Assembly (NCBI GenBank): GCA_023457495.1
Contig: JAEWLQ010000113.1
Location: 19,629 to 83,628, forward strand
Direction of reading: 5' to 3'
DNA length: 64,000 bases
From: Pseudomonadota bacterium
GTDB taxonomy: Bacteria; Pseudomonadota; Gammaproteobacteria; Steroidobacterales; Steroidobacteraceae
The notes below the pieces were generated by a model. That model was not told where the DNA came from, did no database searches, and was given only the letters and a program-made list of their open reading frames with translations. Below are positions 45,829-57,655 of the stretch, one piece after another. Position 1 is the first letter of the stretch. Each line of letters begins with the position of its first letter. A program made the position numbers and the translations under genes.

Positions 45829-48594
45829 CTACTTCGAGACGACTTTGCCGTCGGCGTCGAGCACCGTGACTTCGCCGAAGTTCAGCGCGCGCACGGACTT
45901 CTCGATCTTCGACAGATCGCCAACCACCACCCAGGTCAGCGCATCCGGCTTGACGAGCTTGCCGGCCGACGCGTTGACATCGGCGGGCGTCAGCGCGGTG
46001 AGATCGCCGACGAACGTATTCCAGTAATCATCCTTCAGGCCAAAGGTGAGGATCTCGCCGTACGAGTTCGCGATCTCATCCGAGGTCTCGTTGTTGCCCG
46101 GCAGCGCGATCGCGATGCTGTCCTTCGCGAACTTGAGCTCGGCCTCATCGGGCTTGCGCGTGGTCAGCACTTCGCGCAGTTCCTTGCGGATCTCGACCAT
46201 CGACTCGGCGGTCTTGTCCGTCTGCACGGCGCCGCCGGCGCGGAACGTGCCCTGCCCGATCGCACCCGTGATGCGCGTGCCAGCGCCGTACGACCAGCGC
46301 TTTTCCTCGCGCAGGTTCATGTTGAGCCGCGAGGTGAAGTTGCCGCCGAGCATCGTATCGAGCGCCACAAAGCGGATGTGATCCGGATCGGCGCGCGTGG
46401 GGCCGACTGTGATCGCCACGATCTGAGACTGCTCCGCGCCGGCGCGGTCGACCAGGAACACACGCGGCTTCTCGGGTAGTGAGACCGTCGAGATGTTCTT
46501 CGTTGGTTTGTCCCCGGGCGCCGCGCGCCAGCCGCCGAACCGCTGTTCGAGCAGTGGTTTGACGGCCGCGAGCGTCGTGTCACCGACCACCAGCAGCGTC
46601 GAATTGTCGGGGCGCACCCAGCGTTTGTAGAACGCGGCGAGCTCCGCGCCCTTGAAGCCCGCGACGGAATCCTCCGTTCCGAGTCCCGACGCGGGGTTCG
46701 CATACGGATGGCCCGCGCCGAAGAGCAGCTGCGGCGTGATGCGATTGATGATGCCCTGCGGCTGCGCCTTCTCCTGCTGGATCTGCGCGAGCGTCTGGCC
46801 GCGCAGGCGCTCGAGCTCCTTGTCGGGGAAGGTCGGGTTCAGCAGCACGTCGGCGTACAGGTCGAGCGACTCGCTCAGCCGGCCCGACAGCGCATTCATG
46901 CCGAGGTAGGAGCGATCGAGCGACGAGCCGATGCCGAGCGTCGCGCCCAGCGATTCGGCGCGCTCGGCGATCTCGAGTGAGCTCGCGGTCTTCGTGCCTT
47001 CCTGCAGCATCAACATCGCGAGTCGCGCGGTGCCGGGCTTCGCCTGGCTGTCCGCCGCGAATCCGACGTCCGAGATCAACGTGAAATCCACCACGGGCGC
47101 GTTGTGCCGCTCGACCAGCACGACCTCGAGACCGTTCGAGAGCTTCGTGCGCACCGGCGCGGGTAGTTTGAGCGAGGGCGGCTCTCCGGTCGCCGGCGGC
47201 TTGCTGCGATCCACCGTCGAGGCCACCGTTGTGTAGGTCGGCACCGGATCGACGTTGAGCACGAACACGCCATCGGACAGCCAGCGCTTCGCGGCGCCCT
47301 GCACCTGCACGGGAGTCGCCTTCGCCACCCAGTCGAGGCGCGTCTTGTAGAAGTCCGGCGAGCCGCCGAACACCTGGCTCTCGGCGAGGATCGCCGACTT
47401 GCCACCGAAACCGTCGATGCGCTCGATGCCGCGCGCGAAGCTCGCGTAGTTGGTCGTGCGGACGCGCTCGAGCTCGGCCGGGGTCGGGCCGGTCGCGAGG
47501 AAACGCGCCAACTCCTCATCCATCGCCTTCTCGACCACGGCCGGATCGACGCCCGGCTTCACGGTGACGACGAGTTGCACCTGCGAGCCGATCTCGAACG
47601 GCCCGACGAAGGCGCCCACCGAGGTCGCGGTGCGATCCGTGTACACCAAGCGCTTGTAGAGGCGGCTGTTCTTGCCGTTCGCGAGGATGTCGGCCGACAC
47701 GTCGAGCAGCGTAAAGTCGTGCTGGCGGTAGCCCGGGATGTTCCACACCTTGTAGATGCGCGCCTGCGGCACGCGATCCTGCAGCATCGCGCGACGCTCG
47801 CCCGTCATCTTGGCGACCCAGTCCGTCTGGCGCTTGATGACCGGGCCCGAGGGAATGTCACCGAAATATTTCTCGACCTTGGCCTTCGCCTCGGCGGCCG
47901 TGACGTCACCCGCGATCACGAGCACCGCGTTCGCCGCGCCGTAATACGTGCGGAACCACTCCTTCACGTCCTCGAGCGAGGCCGCGTTGAGGTCTTCCAT
48001 CGAACCGATGGTTTCCCACGAATACGGATGACCGGCCGGATACGTGCTCTGCGCGATGAGCTCGCCGACCTTGCCGTACGGACGGTTCTGCCCCTGGCGC
48101 TTTTCGTTCTGCACCACGCCGCGCTGCTCGTCGAGGACCTTCTGGTCGATCGCGCCGAGCAGATGGCCCATGCGGTCGGATTCCATCCACAAGGTCAGGT
48201 CGAAGGCCGAGGTCGGCATGTTCTGGAAGTAGTTGGTGCGGTCGAGCCAGGTCGTGCCGTTGAGCTTGGTGGCGCCCGCGGACTCCATGATCCGGAACCA
48301 GTCGTCGCGGTAGTTCTCCGAGCCGTTGAACATGAGGTGCTCGAACAGGTGGGCGAACCCGGTGCGTCCCGGGCGCTCGTCCTTGCTGCCGACGTGGTAC
48401 CAGATGTTCACCGCCACGACCGGCGCCTTGCGGTCCTCGTGGACGATGAGCGTGAGCCCGTTGTCGAGCACGAACTTCTGGTAAGGGATTTCCACCGCGG
48501 GCAACGGCGCCGTCTTCGGCGGCGCTGCCGCCAGCGTGGTTTGCATGGCGGTCGCGGTGAACATCAGCAGGACGGCGGATCGCAGCAACTTCAT
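45829..48594 (-). CDS. secreted M16-family zinc peptidase (two fused M16 units, PqqL-like)
   Basis: 921 aa with a signal peptide and the inverted zinc motif HLFEHLMFNGSENY. The second half is an inactive-type M16 repeat. Confidence 0.9.
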   Translation of the reverse strand: MKLLRSAVLLMFTATAMQTTLAAAPPKTAPLPAVEIPYQKFVLDNGLTLIVHEDRKAPVVAVNIWYHVGSKDERPGRTGFAHLFEHLMFNGSENYRDDWFRIMESAGATKLNGTTWLDRTNYFQNMPTSAFDLTLWMESDRMGHLLGAIDQKVLDEQRGVVQNEKRQGQNRPYGKVGELIAQSTYPAGHPYSWETIGSMEDLNAASLEDVKEWFRTYYGAANAVLVIAGDVTAAEAKAKVEKYFGDIPSGPVIKRQTDWVAKMTGERRAMLQDRVPQARIYKVWNIPGYRQHDFTLLDVSADILANGKNSRLYKRLVYTDRTATSVGAFVGPFEIGSQVQLVVTVKPGVDPAVVEKAMDEELARFLATGPTPAELERVRTTNYASFARGIERIDGFGGKSAILAESQVFGGSPDFYKTRLDWVAKATPVQVQGAAKRWLSDGVFVLNVDPVPTYTTVASTVDRSKPPATGEPPSLKLPAPVRTKLSNGLEVVLVERHNAPVVDFTLISDVGFAADSQAKPGTARLAMLMLQEGTKTASSLEIAERAESLGATLGIGSSLDRSYLGMNALSGRLSESLDLYADVLLNPTFPDKELERLRGQTLAQIQQEKAQPQGIINRITPQLLFGAGHPYANPASGLGTEDSVAGFKGAELAAFYKRWVRPDNSTLLVVGDTTLAAVKPLLEQRFGGWRAAPGDKPTKNISTVSLPEKPRVFLVDRAGAEQSQIVAITVGPTRADPDHIRFVALDTMLGGNFTSRLNMNLREEKRWSYGAGTRITGAIGQGTFRAGGAVQTDKTAESMVEIRKELREVLTTRKPDEAELKFAKDSIAIALPGNNETSDEIANSYGEILTFGLKDDYWNTFVGDLTALTPADVNASAGKLVKPDALTWVVVGDLSKIEKSVRALNFGEVTVLDADGKVVSK

Positions 48595-48709
48595 GGGAAT
48601 CCTCTATCAACAAAGCTGTGAACGATGAACGGAACAATGCCAGCCGCAACGGCCAGCCGTGCGGCTCTTTACGGTCAAGCGAGCGCGGGATGAGCCGAAC
48701 AGTGCTGTT

Positions 48710-49150
48710 TCACTGTCCATCGGCGGAGGTGAAACCCCGGCAGACCACGGCGAGCTTGTTGCCATCGGGATCACGCACGTAGGCTGCGTAGAAGTCGGGG
48801 TTGTACAGCAATCGCAGACCGGGAGCCCCTTCCGAAGTTCCACCGTGCGCGAGCGCGGCGGCGTGGAAGTCCTCGACCTCGCGCCAGCTCTTCGCCCACA
48901 ACGCCACCATGCTGCCATTGCCGACGCTCGCCGGTTTTCCGTTGAAGGGTTGGCAGATCCAGAGTGCGTCCTGCACGGCGCCGGACTCTTCGTACAACCC
49001 CCAGCCGATCCAGCCCGTCCAACTCGACTCGCTTTCGCCCGCCGTGTCGCAGCGCGCGTAACCGAGCACGCCGAGCACGGCGTCGTAGAACTTCGCCGAA
49101 CGCTCGAGATCATCGGAACCGAGGCAGATGTACGCGAACATGGATCTCAT
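48710..49150 (-). CDS. VOC (glyoxalase/bleomycin-resistance/dioxygenase) family protein
   Basis: 146 aa. The beta-alpha-beta-beta-beta pattern and the C-terminal YVRDPDGNKL are typical of the VOC fold. Confidence 0.72.
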   Translation of the reverse strand: MRSMFAYICLGSDDLERSAKFYDAVLGVLGYARCDTAGESESSWTGWIGWGLYEESGAVQDALWICQPFNGKPASVGNGSMVALWAKSWREVEDFHAAALAHGGTSEGAPGLRLLYNPDFYAAYVRDPDGNKLAVVCRGFTSADGQ

Positions 49151-49181
49151 GACGCGCGCATCCGGAATCTCGCGGAAATTC

Positions 49182-49646
49182 TCAGCGCCTCACGGGCACG
49201 ACGTACGTGTCCGCGATTCCGTCATGCCAGCCGCGCTCGCCGAACAGCACGGAGAATGCCTCGAAGGGGATCAGCCGACTGACGGTCCGCAGACAGATGT
49301 CGCGAAGACTGGGCGGAAGTCCGTAGTTGGTCACGACCTTCGTGCGAAACACCAGCTTGCCCGGCGTCCGCGCCCAGATACCCTCGAAGAACAGGTAATA
49401 GATCACGGTGACGATCACGCCAAACACGAGGTCGGGCGTGGACTCGAGCCAGTCGAGGGCATCCTCGCCAAAAAACATGACTGACAGAAAGCCGAAAACG
49501 AAGACGATCGCGAACATGCAGACGAGATCGACGATGTAGGTGCCGAAGCGCAATCCCTTGTGCGCCGGCTCGATTTCTTCCGCGGCCGGCTGCTCTTCCA
49601 CGATCGCCGCCTTCGGCGGCTGATAGGGATTGAATTCTTCGGTCAC
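49182..49646 (-). CDS. RDD family membrane protein
   Basis: 154 aa with 2-3 TM helices. RFGTYIVDLV and WARTPGKLVFRTKVV are RDD-like. Confidence 0.68.
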   Translation of the reverse strand: MTEEFNPYQPPKAAIVEEQPAAEEIEPAHKGLRFGTYIVDLVCMFAIVFVFGFLSVMFFGEDALDWLESTPDLVFGVIVTVIYYLFFEGIWARTPGKLVFRTKVVTNYGLPPSLRDICLRTVSRLIPFEAFSVLFGERGWHDGIADTYVVPVRR

Positions 49647-49749
49647 GAGTGGCTACCCCGCGTTTCGACCATCCACAGTCAATGGATTCGCTGCCACGAA
49701 CTGAGATTTCGTGACACCGGCCGGCGCTCCGGCCGTGTCCCGCCCCGAC

Positions 49750-49983
49750 CTATTCCGCCCAGCGGACCTCGATGCCCTCGGTTACCCCGATCGCCTTGCG
49801 CAGCAGCTGCGCGAGATCGATCGATGCGCCGTTGTTTTCCAGGATGTCGACCGTGTCGAGATTGATGAAGTAGTCGACGTCCTTGGAGTCTTCCTCCTCG
49901 AGCACGTCGACCAGGCACTGCACGTCTTCTTCGCTGATGGCGCCCAGGAGCGCGCCCGAGTTCTTGTCATAAAGATTCGGCAT
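49750..49983 (-). CDS. small highly acidic protein, unknown function
   Basis: 77 aa with 18 Asp/Glu against 5 Lys/Arg. It starts 27 nt after the eno stop on the same strand. A GC-rich hairpin at about 49714-49738 follows it. Confidence 0.6.
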   Translation of the reverse strand: MPNLYDKNSGALLGAISEEDVQCLVDVLEEEDSKDVDYFINLDTVDILENNGASIDLAQLLRKAIGVTEGIEVRWAE

Positions 49984-50010
49984 GTTCCCTCCCCTTCGAA
50001 TGAACGCCGT

Positions 50011-52124
<2,114 letters not shown>

Positions 52125-52240
52125 GGGTGGGTTATCTCGAAAAGAGGTGCGAAGGATACACGGCGCGCCGGGTGACGCGCAGCCCCGCCGCCCTGTCGGA
52201 ATGTCTCGCGAGTCAATGCCCGGCCGGACAAGCCAGAACG

Positions 52241-52756
52241 CTACGTGATACCGAGTTCGCGCAGCCGGGATTCCAGCTGCGCGATCGTGCTCCACCCGAG
52301 GATGACCGAATTGCGCCGCTCGTCCGGTGGATTGGATGGCAGACCATCGGACCAGCCTCCACAGCCCGTCAACGGCAGCAATGGGCGCTTGTGCAACCAC
52401 GCCAGCGAGACTTCCGAAATGGTGCCGGCGCGTCCGCCGATGACGATGCAGGCATCGCCGGCGAGCGCCATCAGCAGATTGCGGGCGTCGCCCATGCCGC
52501 AGGGAATGACCACGGTGGCCGGCCAGTCCGCCGGCGGCATCTCACCCGGCGGGATGATGCTGACGACCAATCCCCCGGCGGCGACCGCACGCTCAGCGGC
52601 GACACGTGTTGCCGGACTGCCGCATCCGCTGACGACGGTGATGCCGAGTCGGGCGAGCAAATCCCCCGCCGCGCCCGCGAGTTCGAAGGCGCGCGATCCG
52701 GGCTCTGCGCTGCCGAGGACACAGACTTGCGGCCGACGAATTGCTCTATCCACCAT
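52241..52756 (-). CDS. LOG-like / TIGR00725-type Rossmann-fold protein
   Basis: 171 aa. VCVLGSA...VVSGCG...[28 protein letters not shown] resembles the LOG/DprA-like (SLOG) pattern. Confidence 0.55.
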   Translation of the reverse strand: MVDRAIRRPQVCVLGSAEPGSRAFELAGAAGDLLARLGITVVSGCGSPATRVAAERAVAAGGLVVSIIPPGEMPPADWPATVVIPCGMGDARNLLMALAGDACIVIGGRAGTISEVSLAWLHKRPLLPLTGCGGWSDGLPSNPPDERRNSVILGWSTIAQLESRLRELGIT

Positions 52757-52771
52757 GCGTCATCCTCCCGT

Positions 52772-53101
52772 TCACCCAATCAGCTGTAAGACGATCACGA
52801 GCACCAGGCCGAACGCGAACAGGCTGCCGAAAATGCGCTTGTTGTGCCTGGCCAGCCACTCCGGCAGGTAGATGTCGAAGTTGTCGCGCCGATCGTCGGT
52901 ATATCTCGCGGCCACGTCGGTCAGCGGACAACGGAAGCGATTGACGAGCAATACCACGATCTCCACCGTGACGATTCCCACCAGCACCCACGCCATGCGG
53001 AAGTCGCCTCGCAACGCGAAGTAAGGCAGCGCGACGATGCAGCCGGCGAACAACGCCCAAACTACCGTGTGCAGGATCTTTATGGACTGGAGCGGAGTCA
53101 T
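52772..53101 (-). CDS. small 3-TM membrane protein (DUF2784-like?)
   Basis: Trimmed to Met47 of track ORF 52772..53239. 109 aa with three hydrophobic helices and a RFRCPLTD loop. ATGA overlap with the upstream GNAT stop. Confidence 0.6.
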   Translation of the reverse strand: MTPLQSIKILHTVVWALFAGCIVALPYFALRGDFRMAWVLVGIVTVEIVVLLVNRFRCPLTDVAARYTDDRRDNFDIYLPEWLARHNKRIFGSLFAFGLVLVIVLQLIG

Positions 53102-53637
53102 CGAACGCGGGCGAACATGAAGCAATCCCGCGGTTCCAGGGAGATGTTGGGATGGACCATGTGACGCTCGAGCCTGGCCTCCCGCTGGAACCCGGCCTTC
53201 TCGAGCGCTCGCTGCGAAGGAAGATTCTCGACGTCGCACAGTGCCTGGACACGCCGGAATCCGAGCTCATGTGCCCGCGCCGTCAGCGCCGCGATGGCCT
53301 CCGGCATGTAACCCCTGCCCCAGTGGGCGCGCGACAGGACGTAACCCAGCTCCGCGGTGGATCCCGAAGGCCGGGCATTGATCATGCCGATGACCGGGCC
53401 TGCGGGCGATTCGGTGATGGCGTAACTGACCCGGGCGCCCTGTTCCCACTCCGCGATGCTCGACACGAGAAATTCCCGCACGCCATCCACCGAGGACTGA
53501 GGTCGCCACAGCAGGTATCGCGTGACGAGCGGATCCTGCGCATACGCGCTGAAGATTTCTGGCGCGTCGGCTTCGGATGGCCGGCGCAGAAGGAGTCGTT
53601 GAGTTGTGATGTATTCAGGAAACACGTTCGATTCCAA
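53098..53637 (-). CDS. GNAT family N-acetyltransferase (RimJ/RimL-like)
   Basis: 179 aa. RLLLRRPSEADA..., HWGRGYMPEA and NLPSQRALEKAGF. Confidence 0.85.
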   Translation of the reverse strand: MESNVFPEYITTQRLLLRRPSEADAPEIFSAYAQDPLVTRYLLWRPQSSVDGVREFLVSSIAEWEQGARVSYAITESPAGPVIGMINARPSGSTAELGYVLSRAHWGRGYMPEAIAALTARAHELGFRRVQALCDVENLPSQRALEKAGFQREARLERHMVHPNISLEPRDCFMFARVR

Positions 53638-53643
53638 TCTTGA

Positions 53644-56600
53644 TCACGCCGACCGCTCGCGCTCGGCCCAGGCGTCCTCGAGGCGGCGTGCGGACACGGT
53701 GACCCGGGTCTTGAGCTGCTGCGCGAACAACGACACCCGGAACTCCTCGAGCAACCAGCGGAATTCGTCATCACCCGGCGGCCGCAGACCCCGCTCCTTC
53801 CGGACGCGTTCGCGGTAGCGAGTCTCCAGCGGCGCGATCTCGGCGGCAAGCTGCGCGTCGCGCCGCATGTCCCGGCCCGCTTTCTCGAGTCGTTGTTCGA
53901 TGGCCTGCAGATAGCGCGGAAACTCCTTTAGACGCGCCCAGGGGGTGGTGAGGAGGAATCCGGCCGGCGCCAGCCAGGCCAGCTGCGCGCGGATGTCGGC
54001 CGCCACGGGCGTCGCGGCTCTTGCCAGCGCCACCTGCACCCTGCCTAACTTCTCGAGCGCGGACTGCACCGTGCGCGAGATCTCCTGCGCAGGCAATCCC
54101 ATCCCGCCGCGCTGGGTCGCGATGCGCGCATCGAACGCGGCGCTGCCGCGCAACTCGGCGCGGCCCTCGAGGAACACCGTCATGACGACACGGTCGAGCA
54201 GGTCGTCGCGCAGATCGCGACCGGCGACCAGCTCCGGATTCAGCACCGGATGCGCGGCGAGCGCGCGATAGACCATCTCGCCCTGCACGTTGACCGCGAG
54301 ATCGCGGCGCAAGGGTTTGAGGTCGCGCGCCATCACCAGCCGGATGAGCCGCGTAGCGCCGCGTTCGTGGCTCATGCGCGCCTCGGCGGGAGTCGCGAAC
54401 GCGCGCAGGCCGACGCTGGCGCCTTCATCCACGAGGGCGGGATATCCCACCTGGCGGCGCTCGCCCTGCCCGACTTCCTGCCGTTCCGGAATCTCGCCGA
54501 ACACCCAGCTCTTCGCGCCGCTCGTCATCTGCGATTGCTTCGCGTAGTCCTGCTGCGACGCGCCGGCGTGCCGATCACGCAGCGCAGCCAGATCGCGCGA
54601 ACGCGCGATCACCTTGTCCGCGTCGTCGAACAACAGGAAGTTCATGCGCAGATGCGGCGGCAGCAGGTCGGCGCGGAATGCGTCGCGTGGGACCGGTACG
54701 CCTCCGGTGCGCAACAACGCCTCGGCGAGCTGCGCGTGCAGCGAGCCGCGACCGCGCTCGAGCAGCGGCAGCGCGCGCGCCGCCGCCTGCGGCACCGGCA
54801 CGAAATGCACGCGCAATTGCTTCGGCAACGCGCGGATGAGCGCCTCGACCTTTTCTTCGATAAGGCCAGGCACCAGCCACTCGAATGGTTCCTCGGATAG
54901 CTGGTTCAGGATGTGCAGCGGGATCAACGCGGAGACGCCGTCGTCCTCGTGACCCGGCTCGAAGCGATAACGCAGCTGCACCACCAGGGGACCGGCGGAC
55001 AGATGGTCCGGAAACCGCTCGCCGTCGAGCTCCGCATCCCCGGGAGAGATGTCGCGGGCGGTGAGCCAGAGTAGTTTGGGCTCCTTCGCCTCCGCTTCGC
55101 GCCGCCATTTCTCGAACGCCGCGCCCGTCGAGATGCCTTCGGGTACCCGGGCATCGAAGAACGCGTACAGCAGGTTTTCGTCGCCCAGCAGGTCGACGCG
55201 CCGGCCTTTCTGCTGCAGGTACTCGGTCTCTTCGAGCAGCTTGAGGTTGTGCGCGAAGAACGGCGCGCGACTGTCGTACTCCATGAGCACGAGCGCGTGG
55301 CGGATGAACATCTCGCGCGCGGCCGTGGGATCGATGCGCTCGTACGGAATGCTGCGGCCCGAAGAAAGCATCAGGCCAAAGAGCGTCACGCGCTCGTAGA
55401 TGGCGGCGCGCGAGGCGCGGCGCTCCCAGTGCGGCTCGTAGTGCTGGCGCTTCACGAGGTGCGCGCCGACCTGCTCCACCCACGCGGGATCGATGCGCGC
55501 CACGTTGCGCGCGTACACCTTGGTGGTCTGGACCTGCTCGGCGCTGACGATCCACGGCGGCCGCGCCTTGAACTGGCCGGACCCCGGATGAATGAAGAGC
55601 TTGGTGCCGTTGGCGCCGAGGTATTCGCCCTGCTCCTTGCGCTGCGCCACCTGCGACAGCAATCCCGCGAGCAGCGCGCGGTGGACAGGCGCGTATTCCC
55701 CGGGCCGCGTATTGAGCTCGAGCGCGAGCTCTCCTTTCACCACCTCCATCACCTGGCCGTGCACGTCGTGCCATTCGGTGAGGCGCAGGTAGGAAAGGAA
55801 ATTCTCCTTGCACCACGCGCGCAGCTTCGCACGCGAGAGTTGCGCGCGTTGCTCGTTCCACGCCTTCCACAATTTGAGCAGCGACAGGAAGTCCGACTGC
55901 TCGTCGCGCAGCGGCGCGTGTTTCTGATCGGCCTGCGTCTGCTTGTCGGCGGGCCGATCGCGCGGATCGGGCACTGACAACGCGGAGGCGATGATCGCGA
56001 CTTCCGCGAGGCAATGCTCCTGCGCGCCGGCGAGCAACATCCGGCCGAGCCGCGGGTCGAGCGGTAGTTTGGAGAGCCGTCGGCCCGTCTCCGTGAGTTT
56101 GTCGTCATCGGAGAGCGCGCCGAGCTCGCGCAGCGTGCGCAAGCCGTCGCGCACGTAGCGACCGTCGGGCGGCTCGACGAACGGAAAGGCCTCGATGTCG
56201 CCGAGCTTGAGCGCATGCATCTGCAGGATCACCGCGGCGAGATTCGTGCGCTGGATCTCAGGCTCGGTGAACTCCGGCCGCGCCAGGAAATCCTCCTCGG
56301 AGTACAGGCGGATCGCGACGCCCGGACCCACTCGGCCGCAGCGGCCCGAGCGCTGGTTGGCTGACGCCCGCGAGATCTTCTCGATCGGCAGGCGCTGCAA
56401 CCGGCTGCGGTGACTGTAGCGGCTGATGCGCGCGACGCCGGTGTCGATCACGGCGCGGATGCCCGGCACCGTGAGCGAGGTTTCCGCGACGTTGGTCGCG
56501 AGCACGATGCGTCGCCGCCCGGAGGGCTTGAAGACGCGCTGCTGCTCGTCCTGCGAGAGCCGCGAGTACAGCGGCAGTACCTCGCAACCCTGCGGGTGAT

Positions 56601-57573
56601 GCTTGCGCAGCGACTCGGCGGTCTCGCGGATCTCGCGCTCGCCGCTCAGGAACACGAGGATGTCGCCCGCCTGTTCGCGCCACAACTCGTCGACCGCGGA
56701 GAGGATCGCCGCCTGTTCGTCCACCGCGGTTTCATCCTCCTCGTCGAGCTCCACGGCGCGGTAACGGATCTCGACGGGATAACTGCGTCCCGACACGTTG
56801 ATGATGGGCGCGTCGCCGAAATGCTTCGAGAATCTTTCGGGGTCGATGGTCGCCGAGGTGATCACGAGCTTGAGATCCGGCCGGCGCGCCAGCAGCCACT
56901 TCAGATACCCGAGCAGGAAATCGATGTTCAAGGAGCGTTCGTGCGCCTCGTCGACGATGATCGTGTCGTAGGCATCGAGAAACCGGTCGCCCTGTGTCTC
57001 GGCGAGCAGGATGCCGTCGGTCATGAGCTTGATGAGGCCTTCCGGCCGGCTGCGATCCTGGAAGCGCAGCTTGTATCCGACGAGCCCGCCGAGCGTCGTG
57101 TGCAGCTCTTCCGCGATGCGCGACGCCACCGCGCGCGCCGCGATGCGCCGCGGCTGCGTGTGCCCGATCGCCCCCGCCACGCCGCGTCCCGCTTCGAGAC
57201 AGATCTTCGGCAGCTGCGTCGTCTTGCCCGATCCGGTCTCGCCGCAGACGATGACGACGGAGTGTTGCTCGATGGCGCGGCGGATTTCCTCGCGATTCGC
57301 CGAGACCGGCAGCTCCTCCGGATAGCCGATCTTCGGCACGCTGGCCGCGCGTGCGGCGCGCGCCGCGACCGACGCGGCTATCTTCTGCGCGAGCGCGGAC
57401 TCCGCCGCGGCGACGTCGTTACCGCGCAGGCGCTCGGCGCGCAGCCGGTCGCGCTCGCGACGCAGTCGGAACTGGTCGCGGCGCAGGCACAGCTCGATCT
57501 CGGGCGCATGTTCTATTTCGATTCTCCGCAGGGCACGCACACGTTGTTGGCGTGCCGGAACGCCAGCTTCCAT
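53644..57573 (-). CDS. hrpA: ATP-dependent RNA helicase HrpA (DEAH-box)
   Basis: 1309 aa. GETGSGKTTQLP, DEAHERS, HA2/OB and the long HrpA C-terminal region. Confidence 0.96.
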   Translation of the reverse strand: MEAGVPARQQRVRALRRIEIEHAPEIELCLRRDQFRLRRERDRLRAERLRGNDVAAAESALAQKIAASVAARAARAASVPKIGYPEELPVSANREEIRRAIEQHSVVIVCGETGSGKTTQLPKICLEAGRGVAGAIGHTQPRRIAARAVASRIAEELHTTLGGLVGYKLRFQDRSRPEGLIKLMTDGILLAETQGDRFLDAYDTIIVDEAHERSLNIDFLLGYLKWLLARRPDLKLVITSATIDPERFSKHFGDAPIINVSGRSYPVEIRYRAVELDEEDETAVDEQAAILSAVDELWREQAGDILVFLSGEREIRETAESLRKHHPQGCEVLPLYSRLSQDEQQRVFKPSGRRRIVLATNVAETSLTVPGIRAVIDTGVARISRYSHRSRLQRLPIEKISRASANQRSGRCGRVGPGVAIRLYSEEDFLARPEFTEPEIQRTNLAAVILQMHALKLGDIEAFPFVEPPDGRYVRDGLRTLRELGALSDDDKLTETGRRLSKLPLDPRLGRMLLAGAQEHCLAEVAIIASALSVPDPRDRPADKQTQADQKHAPLRDEQSDFLSLLKLWKAWNEQRAQLSRAKLRAWCKENFLSYLRLTEWHDVHGQVMEVVKGELALELNTRPGEYAPVHRALLAGLLSQVAQRKEQGEYLGANGTKLFIHPGSGQFKARPPWIVSAEQVQTTKVYARNVARIDPAWVEQVGAHLVKRQHYEPHWERRASRAAIYERVTLFGLMLSSGRSIPYERIDPTAAREMFIRHALVLMEYDSRAPFFAHNLKLLEETEYLQQKGRRVDLLGDENLLYAFFDARVPEGISTGAAFEKWRREAEAKEPKLLWLTARDISPGDAELDGERFPDHLSAGPLVVQLRYRFEPGHEDDGVSALIPLHILNQLSEEPFEWLVPGLIEEKVEALIRALPKQLRVHFVPVPQAAARALPLLERGRGSLHAQLAEALLRTGGVPVPRDAFRADLLPPHLRMNFLLFDDADKVIARSRDLAALRDRHAGASQQDYAKQSQMTSGAKSWVFGEIPERQEVGQGERRQVGYPALVDEGASVGLRAFATPAEARMSHERGATRLIRLVMARDLKPLRRDLAVNVQGEMVYRALAAHPVLNPELVAGRDLRDDLLDRVVMTVFLEGRAELRGSAAFDARIATQRGGMGLPAQEISRTVQSALEKLGRVQVALARAATPVAADIRAQLAWLAPAGFLLTTPWARLKEFPRYLQAIEQRLEKAGRDMRRDAQLAAEIAPLETRYRERVRKERGLRPPGDDEFRWLLEEFRVSLFAQQLKTRVTVSARRLEDAWAERERSA

Positions 57574-57655
57574 TTCCCGTCGCGCAGCATCCAGCCGTTG
57601 GTGTAACGCCGGCGCAGCGTCTTGCCTTCGTTCGGCGCACCCTTCGCCGGCGGCG

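Noticed and set aside
48642-48666. Hairpin AGCCGCA-n11-TGCGGCT downstream of the VOC gene as a terminator
   Set aside because: The stem is short, the loop is long, and there is no T-tract on the relevant strand. The evidence is too weak to call.
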